Positions 51,437 to 58,864 of a stretch of 58,864 nucleotides of DNA are shown piece after piece. Under the pieces are notes generated by a model. It searched no databases and was not told the DNA's origin. It saw only the letters and a program-made list of their open reading frames with translations. How positions within the stretch are numbered: the first letter of the stretch is position 1; each line of letters begins with the position of its first letter. The translations under genes and the position numbers were made by a program. The DNA comes from Octopus bimaculoides. Its lineage: Eukaryota. The DNA lies in NCBI RefSeq assembly GCF_001194135.2, contig NC_068983.1, forward strand, positions 139,421,233 through 139,480,096, written 5' to 3'.

Positions 51437-52239
51437 TGGTTGGTTATCCATTGCCAAAGGAAGCAGGATCATTTTCCTGTATCAAGAATGGTCTGTGTCG
51501 TGTATAAAAAAAAAAATAGCCACAGCGCGATTGTAACGTGACTCAATAATGTGAGTTCGATAAGCTTGGTCAAGTTGACCAATGTATTGAATATAAATTG
51601 ACACAAATGAATCATACGGTACACAGATCAATAATTTTGAAATATCTGCAATTGGGAATTATGTCACTTGATGCATGTGTGAATTTCATATGACAACACA
51701 AATAATTGGCGTTTTAACAGAGTCGATATTCCTCATAAAGGTCGAGGAATTGCTGATCCTTATCACCTGGCCAAAATGAATAAATTTTCTAAATGCAAAT
51801 TTTGTGATTATAAACATGCGTTTATTAAATGAACATGTCCTGCGTTTAGAAAGATATGCAAATTATGCACAAAAGAACCATTTTTCATTGGTTTTGTAGC
51901 TTTAAAGTGAAATATGTGGAACGTGTTCAATAAATTGATTATAAACGAATTGACACTGACACAAATGTATTAACGCTACAGGGTCAGGTAAAACCACCTT
52001 TAACTTAAACTTTATTACACCATTTCAAATATGCAAATGAGCATGATCATGAGAATTTGTAAATTCCTAAATTTGTAAATGTATAAATCCTAGATCCTTT
52101 AAATAGTTCAGGAACACCCCAAATTTCCAACAAAATATTTCGGAATTCACCAGCCTGATGGATAAAAAATGTGTAGAGTTTTATTTTTATTATTTGAAAA
52201 CTTTCAAGAAATCAGGACTCGGTATAATGTTAAGCCAGT

Positions 52240-53235
52240 AATGATCGCAGACTCTGATAAATGGAGTCCTACCATATGAGGAAACTGATAAACGTGGAAG
52301 ACTATGTGCGTGTCGAACTGAAAAGCTTAATGAGATACCGAGCCCAAAGTAAGGAAACCTTGCTAGTCACGGTTAGGAAGGCGGGAGTATTGAGAGTAGA
52401 CAAAAAAGAGAAAACAAAGGAAAAAGTACAAAAAAGTACATGAAAAAGAATTATGCAATAGGGACTACACAATCAATTCTATGTGGTCACAAGGAGTTGC
52501 TGGGATAAGTTGCTGGGTTTAGCTGGTGAAAAGAAACCTAAAGAATAAGACCGAGCGCACTATAATTGCCGTGTAAGACCAAGCTGGAGGGTCAACCTTA
52601 GGAATGAGCAAGGTCTCTGCTGTACTGCATCTGGAATATTGTTGATGAAACCATTGCCCATATCACGAACAAATGCCCTTGACTTGCCCCAAAACACTAC
52701 AAGGTGTGGGGACACAACGAGGTAGCGAAAGTACTACATTGGAAACTGTGCGAAAAGCGGGGTCTAGAGAGAAACAACACGTGGTATGAGGACAAACAGC
52801 CGAGTGCCAGAGTCGGAGACTAGCAAAATCTTCTGGAATTTCCCAATACGGACCTAGCAGTGGTGGACATGGTGCACCACATATGTTATATAGTTAATGT
52901 TGCATGCCGCCTTGACCCACGAATAGACAAATAAATCCTCTTAAGTGAAATTGCGAAATAACCCAACTATGGAAAATGAAGAAGATAAAGGTAGTGCCAA
53001 TTATTGTTGAATCCTTAGGAATAGTATCAGAAGGCATCAAAAGGAATATGAAGAAAATTAGAATAAAGTACCTAGTAGAATTGTTACAAAAGCTTTGCCT
53101 CTTTGCACGGCCAGAATAATTAGGAAATAATAAGATAACTGAAAAATAGCGAATAGCATGGTACCTAGGTTGCGGTTAGTAAGCCGGCTACCCATGCAAG
53201 ACTTCAGGAGCTCCAACAAAACTTGTGATAAAGAG
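52240..53235 (+). mobile_element. R4/Dong-type LINE fragment, type C, decayed
   Basis: LINVEDYVRVELKSL...S.E.LL; ETIAHITNKC knuckle; HNEVAKVLHWKLCEKRGL..WYE; KVVPIIVESLGIVS; 3'UTR runs into (AAT)n. Confidence 0.8.
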
Positions 53236-53241
53236 ATAATG

Positions 53242-53278
<37 letters not shown>

Positions 53279-53319
53279 CAACAACAACAACAATAATAAT
53301 AATAATAATAATAATAATG

Positions 53320-53399
<80 letters not shown>

Positions 53400-54323
53400 N
53401 NNNNNNNNNNNNNNNNNNNNNNNNNNNNNNNNNNNNNNNNNNNNNNNNNNNNNNNNNNNNNNNNNNNNNNNNNNNNNNNNNNNNNNNNNNNNNNNNNNNN
53501 NNNNNNNNNNNNNNNNNNNNNNNNNNNNNNNNNNNNNNNNNNNNNNNNNNNNNNNNNNNNNNNNNNNNNNNNNNNNNNNNNNNNNNNNNNNNNNNNNNNN
53601 NNNNNNNNNNNNNNNNNNNNNNNNNNNNNNNNNNNNNNNNNNNNNNNNNNNNNNNNNNNNNNNNNNNNNNNNNNNNNNNNNNNNNNNNNNNNNNNNNNNN
53701 NNNNNNNNNNNNNNNNNNNNNNNNNNNNNNNNNNNNNNNNNNNNNNNNNNNNNNNNNNNNNNNNNNNNNNNNNNNNNNNNNNNNNNNNNNNNNNNNNNNN
53801 NNNNNNNNNNNNNNNNNNNNNNNNNNNNNNNNNNNNNNNNNNNNNNNNNNNNNNNNNNNNNNNNNNNNNNNNNNNNNNNNNNNNNNNNNNNNNNNNNNNN
53901 NNNNNNNNNNNNNNNNNNNNNNNNNNNNNNNNNNNNNNNNNNNNNNNNNNNNNNNNNNNNNNNNNNNNNNNNNNNNNNNNNNNNNNNNNNNNNNNNNNNN
54001 NNNNNNNNNNNNNNNNNNNNNNNNNNNNNNNNNNNNNNNNNNNNNNNNNNNNNNNNNNNNNNNNNNNNNNNNNNNNNNNNNNNNNNNNNNNNNNNNNNNN
54101 NNNNNNNNNNNNNNNNNNNNNNNNNNNNNNNNNNNNNNNNNNNNNNNNNNNNNNNNNNNNNNNNNNNNNNNNNNNNNNNNNNNNNNNNNNNNNNNNNNNN
54201 NNNNNNNNNNNNNNNNNNNNNNNNNNNNNNNNNNNNNNNNNNNNNNNNNNNNNNNNNNNNNNNNNNNNNNNNNNNNNNNNNNNNNNNNNNNNNNNNNNNN
54301 NNATAAAAATAAAACTACTGAAC

Positions 54324-54399
<76 letters not shown>

Positions 54400-54410
54400 G
54401 TAATAACAAT
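53236..54410. repeat. Long (AAT)n/(AAC)n tract interrupted by an assembly gap (53400-54302)
   Basis: Direct reading. Confidence 0.9.
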
Positions 54411-54414
54411 AAAC

Positions 54415-55165
54415 GATGTGATTGAAACAGTGGACCACCTAATCGGTGGGTGTAAAGTTTTAGCACCTGTAGAGTACAAATCAAGTCATGACAGAGTTGG
54501 CCAATATCTACATTGGATGATGCGTCGGCTTTATAAAATCAAATCTACTGACAAATACTACAAGCACCACCCTGACACTGTAACTGAAGGAGAAAATGTA
54601 ACGATTCTTTGGGAGTTTCCAGTATGTGCAGACCGGATAATCAAAGCAAATAAACCAGATATTGTTGCGAAAGACCAAAACAATAAAGTCTGTTTCTTGA
54701 TTGACAAGAGCATACCCTGTAACTATAATATCTCGGCAAAAGAACTTAATAAGCTCAGAAAATATAAAGATTTGGTAATCGAAATGGAAAATATGTAGCA
54801 TCTCATGACGGTTACAATACTGAGATGACTTCGAATGATCAAAAGAGGAACTGAAAATTATCTAAGACTGATCCCCGGTTTACCATCCATGCAAGAAGTG
54901 CAAAAGATTGTCTTGAGTCGTGCATCACACGTATTGAGAAGAGCTTTGTCGCTGCGAATTTTCTTTCCCCTTTTCCCTTTTATTTTCTTCGTTTACTTTA
55001 CTTTTTTCCTTTTTTTCCTCTGTCTTCCTCTTTCGTTTTCTCTATAACATGACTTTGTAAATGGACAATCTGGTGTGTGTATTTTAATGGCCTACCAATA
55101 TATGTACAGTGCGTTTCTCTGCCCTAGGTGTCACCAAGACACTCGGCAACAAATGGAAGCAAAAT
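54415..55165 (+). mobile_element. R4/Dong-type LINE 3' fragment, type D
   Basis: ETVDHLIGGC..LAP.EYK..HD.V..YLHW...ILWEF...DR.IKANKPDIV.KD....CFLID.SIP...N...KE..KL.KYKDL.IE; ...VQKIVL..ASHVLRRALS; (AAT)n on both sides. Confidence 0.88.
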
Positions 55166-55179
55166 TCAAAGATGATAAT

Positions 55180-55201
55180 GAAAATAACAATAACAATAAC
55201 A

Positions 55202-55277
<76 letters not shown>

Positions 55278-55285
55278 TAATAAAA
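55180..55285. repeat. (AAT)n tail
   Basis: Direct reading. Confidence 0.95.
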
Positions 55286-55989
55286 TGTAGATCAGAATGA
55301 CGATGATGATAAAAAGAAGAAAGCAGAGCGTTAAAAGGAAATGTTGGAAAAGCAAAGGAAAAATTGGAAGAAATCTAAAAGCAAGAAAGAACAAAAAGAG
55401 ATGCAGAAGACCAAAAACCACGAAGATGAAAAAAAAAAAATACAAAAAAAAACAGTGGTAACATTAAGAGATTTGAAAAGATGTTTAAAGAGAAATATAA
55501 AAAAAAGTAGGTGGAAATTCATAAAAGAAAACTGATACTACATAACTAAACAGAAAAAATATAGATTATAAACGAAAGTAAGTTGCAAACTCACAGAATC
55601 TTGTGTATCTTCTAAAGAACTCACCTACAAAAGGAAAAAGAAAAATTACAATGAAATCCTGTTGTTCCATATGATTTGGCTTGATAACACTTCTCTCCAC
55701 TCACACAGCATATAATTTCGAAAGAAAGCATATAGTATTTTGAGATTGATGTCTTTTTCACAGATGTAAGTTATATTCGCTCAAACAAAAACACACACAG
55801 ATGCGCACGCATACATACACAAATCTACGGATACACAAATGCATATGTAGCGTGAAAGTGTACAGTCATCGTGTGCATGTGTCCTACGTCAATTTCATCT
55901 ATGTGTAAACTCATTGGTCAATCAACTGCAATTACTTCTCATTGGATTGTACAAAAATTGGCGGGGAAATTTAGAAGACACATACTTTT

Positions 55990-57045
55990 AAGTTGTGGTA
56001 CTGCTCCGATATTTCACTGAAATTTTTGAAACGATGCGAAGAAATGCTAAAACACATTTTCCAGGATACTATAATTGTCAAATGGGAGATCGAACTCGAA
56101 TCGAATTCGTTACTGGATAGTGTTGTTGTAGTATGCCCCTTCACAAATATTCCGCATGATTTCGAAATAACGGCAATTAAATATTGGATTGAAAACATAG
56201 ACAAATGATTCCCAGTAGATTCACCATAGCCCTTATATGTAACGCACCCAATTTTATCCTTGAAAGCCACGCGTTCTTTTTCAGGTGGAAGTATTATCTT
56301 CAAATTTGTGGAAAGAAGATTGGAACCAAGTTTGCCCCAGTTTATGCGAACTCAGTAACAGGATACTTGGAACAAAGAGTGTATGAAAACGTAGGGGAAT
56401 ACTATGTCACCTAAATTTAGAACGTATACTGAGAGTGCATGAAGGAGATATCTCGATAATTATTTCCTAAGCTGGATAAAACCTGTAGATACTTTGGAAA
56501 ATTCAGCATTCTCCTGAATAATTTGCACTCAACACTGAAATTCACAAAGGAGGTGAGCAATACAAATCTATCTTTTCTAGACACAGTGATAGTTAAATTT
56601 GATATCACAATCAACACTGATATATATTATAGAAGTACAGGTATACATCAATACTTGAAATTCAAATTGTGACACCCGACACATACAAAACAGAATATGG
56701 TTTTATTTCTAGCCAGAACAATGTTTATTATATTTGATGAAGTAGATATCAGAGTCATACGTCTCACAGAATTCAAAAGATTTCTACTCAAACACAAATA
56801 TCAATCCCTTCTTATAGAAAATCACATGAAGCGTGCTAAGCAAAGACCCATAGAACAATTCAGAGCAACCTTAGAAACAGAAACAGAAGAACAGAACATA
56901 GTGTCATACAACCCATACCACCAAAATATCTTTAACTTCACTCAACCAAACTCGCCTGTTATCCGTCAAATTAACGGAATATGTAATTAGTGATAGAACA
57001 ACTATCCACATTTAAAAGGAAAACAAATTGAAGCTAAACAGCACT
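55990..57045 (+). mobile_element. Decayed PLE reverse transcriptase (Neptune-like), no endonuclease retained
   Basis: FTNIPH....AIKYWI; FILE...F....YYLQICG..IGTKFAPVYAN....YLE; RRYLDNYFLSW; LNNLHSTLKFTKE.S...LSFLDT; TDIYYRST..HQYL.F...HP.HTK.N....LAR; several frameshifts and stops. Confidence 0.85.
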
Positions 57046-57142
57046 AATTAAATATTCATAGTCTCCAAATGCAACGACAATCCATGTGTTACATATCGGT
57101 TTATGAATTTCATATATTTAGATCAGTAATAATTATGCCCAA

Positions 57143-57183
57143 TTTAGCATGCCGGGCGAAATGCTTAGCGGTATCCCGTCTCT
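57143..57183 (+). mobile_element. SINE family A, head fragment
   Basis: TTAGCATGCCGGGCGAAATGCTTAGCGGTATCCCGTC. Confidence 0.7.
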
Positions 57184-57654
57184 GTAAATTATCTTGTGTC
57201 ATTGGTGAATTATTGTGAATACTGCTGTGTTGCTCTGTGACGGAAGAGGAAATCGAGGAGTAAGAATATATATGCCCCCTTAAATGAGGATATTCTATTA
57301 TAACAAACTATACTGCGCTGGGTACCCTGAGAGGAAGTCTCATATCGGATTTTTGATGTAAAATGAACTCTTGTTCATATCACCAGTGGGGAAATAAATC
57401 TCCACTACCTCCGGCGCTGAGACCACAAGTTCAAGGGATTTCGACCTTCTGTGGTCTTGTCGATGATATACACTCGATCGGTAGAGGCAGCAGTGATTCA
57501 TCTCTCCATCAGCGGTATATAGATAGATTGGCAGTGCTAGAATAGAAGCTGATGTCGCGATTAGACACTAGACATTTAGCTTGGTAGAAAATATGCATTA
57601 GTGACAGAGGTAGCATTAATACCGAGAGGAAGAATTTTTGGCCACTGAAATGTG

Positions 57655-58075
57655 AATACGATAAATTTTCTTCCACCAGGGTTTACAGGACGTCCTCGTT
57701 GAGCTCTACAAATCTTCCAGGGTCAGGTTCATCTTCTAGGCTGTAGTTTTTGGCTGGGAATTTCTGGAATCACCAATGACACTGTCCGATCCACATATAC
57801 TGCATTAATATTCCTCACACTTTCCGTTTTATTGTTGCCTTTATTGAACTCATAAAGCAAAATATGCCGAATATGCTCCTTTGTCACTCCCATTACAGCT
57901 TTGAAAAATAACAGCTAAAATAGAATTGCACGCTCCAAAACTTGCACTAAGAATAAGTATAAAGTAAAATTACTGCCTTCTTTTATAGAAAGTTCACGTA
58001 GGCAGTTTATACCGTCCTCCGTCAACTTTTAGTTCATGCAATTGAAAATGCCGCATTATTTATGGGATGACCCAA
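57655..58075 (-). mobile_element. Mariner (Tc1/mariner) left end: TIR + 5'UTR + transposase N-terminus, truncated
   Basis: TIR TTGGGTCATCCCATAAATAATGCGG (58075-58051) next to a TA (58076-77); ATG at 57893: MGVTKEHIRHILLYEFNKGNNKTESVRNINAVYVDRTV / HW*FQKFPAKNYSLEDEPDPGRFVELNEDVL*TLVEEN, the mariner HTH region with the LED..R.GRP motif. Confidence 0.88.
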
Positions 58076-58820
58076 TATGTATGTGTGCGTGTGTGTGTGT
58101 GTGTAAAATACATATATGCATGCCCAAGCACGCACATATATGTTTAATGTTATGCTTCTTTGGAATGTAGTAATATATGTATGATCTATTTAGATATGGT
58201 CCATTTGACATGGCGTTTATATATCATTCAAGTTTTGCGGCTTTAAAAAAAATGGCTATCGATATATTTAATTTTATGCATTTTCTTGACAATCTATAAA
58301 GTCAGGGAAAAAATTGACAGAATATATTTTTATATTTTCTATCATTCTGTACAAATATAGAACACTGCTTCGAAAGCAATATATCGGTACATTAATCTAC
58401 AAATAATGCTTAATATTTGTCACAAATGTAAAACCTATGATTCTAAATACTAACGGTCAAATCCTCTCAGAAAAATCGATGCAGCAGAAAAGAGCATACG
58501 AAATACAATATAAAAACAAAGAAGAGTAAACTAGTTCACATCCTGAAGCGGAAGCCCAGAGAACCTGAAAAATTTCATTGAAGAGAATATGGCAATAACA
58601 AGGTTTACGATACGCATATACGAATAAACTTTGGTAAAATATATTTAATTGGAACGTGGTCGTCCCTATATGAACGTGTTAAAGCATGTTTTCCCCCTAT
58701 GCACAATCAAATATGTATATAGAAAATGAAGTGTGTATGTATATATATATATATGCATAAATAAGCTTATATGCACACACACACACACACATATGGATAC
58801 ATATATACACAAATATTAAT

Positions 58821-58857
<37 letters not shown>

Positions 58858-58864
58858 GACGGGT

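Overview
AT-rich eukaryotic, repeat-dominated, intronic or intergenic DNA from a gapped short-read assembly. N-runs at about 2314-2439, 9138-9499, 10956-11321, 14237-14445, 19428-20210, 21807-22295, 33773-34277, 35084-35570, 40293-40629, 44886-45786 and 53400-54302 are mostly flanked by microsatellites. The SINE repertoire and microsatellite density look like an octopod (Octopus-like) genome; that is recognition from memory, not a database result. No host protein-coding gene can be supported, and nearly all listed ORFs are microsatellite or N-run artefacts. Supportable content: (i) six decayed R4/Dong-type restriction-like-endonuclease (RLE) LINE 3' fragments of about 4 sequence types, closely tied to (AAT)n tracts; (ii) three decayed Penelope-like element (PLE) coding remnants, one with a CxCx5Cx5C linker plus GIY-YIG nuclease; (iii) a mariner left end with TIR and transposase N-terminus; (iv) many copies of three tRNA-derived SINE families; (v) minimal hammerhead ribozyme motifs in non-coding repeats. 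The most interesting signal is at 2.5-4.6 kb: an element built as tRNA-like head + (AAT/AAC)n linker + PLE-type hammerhead tail, present at two loci, each paired with an inverted copy of the tail. This suggests a Penelope-mobilised, ribozyme-bearing SINE. Also notable are a 1.4-kb segment bounded by perfect 52-bp inverted repeats within (TA)n and a 102-bp foldback.
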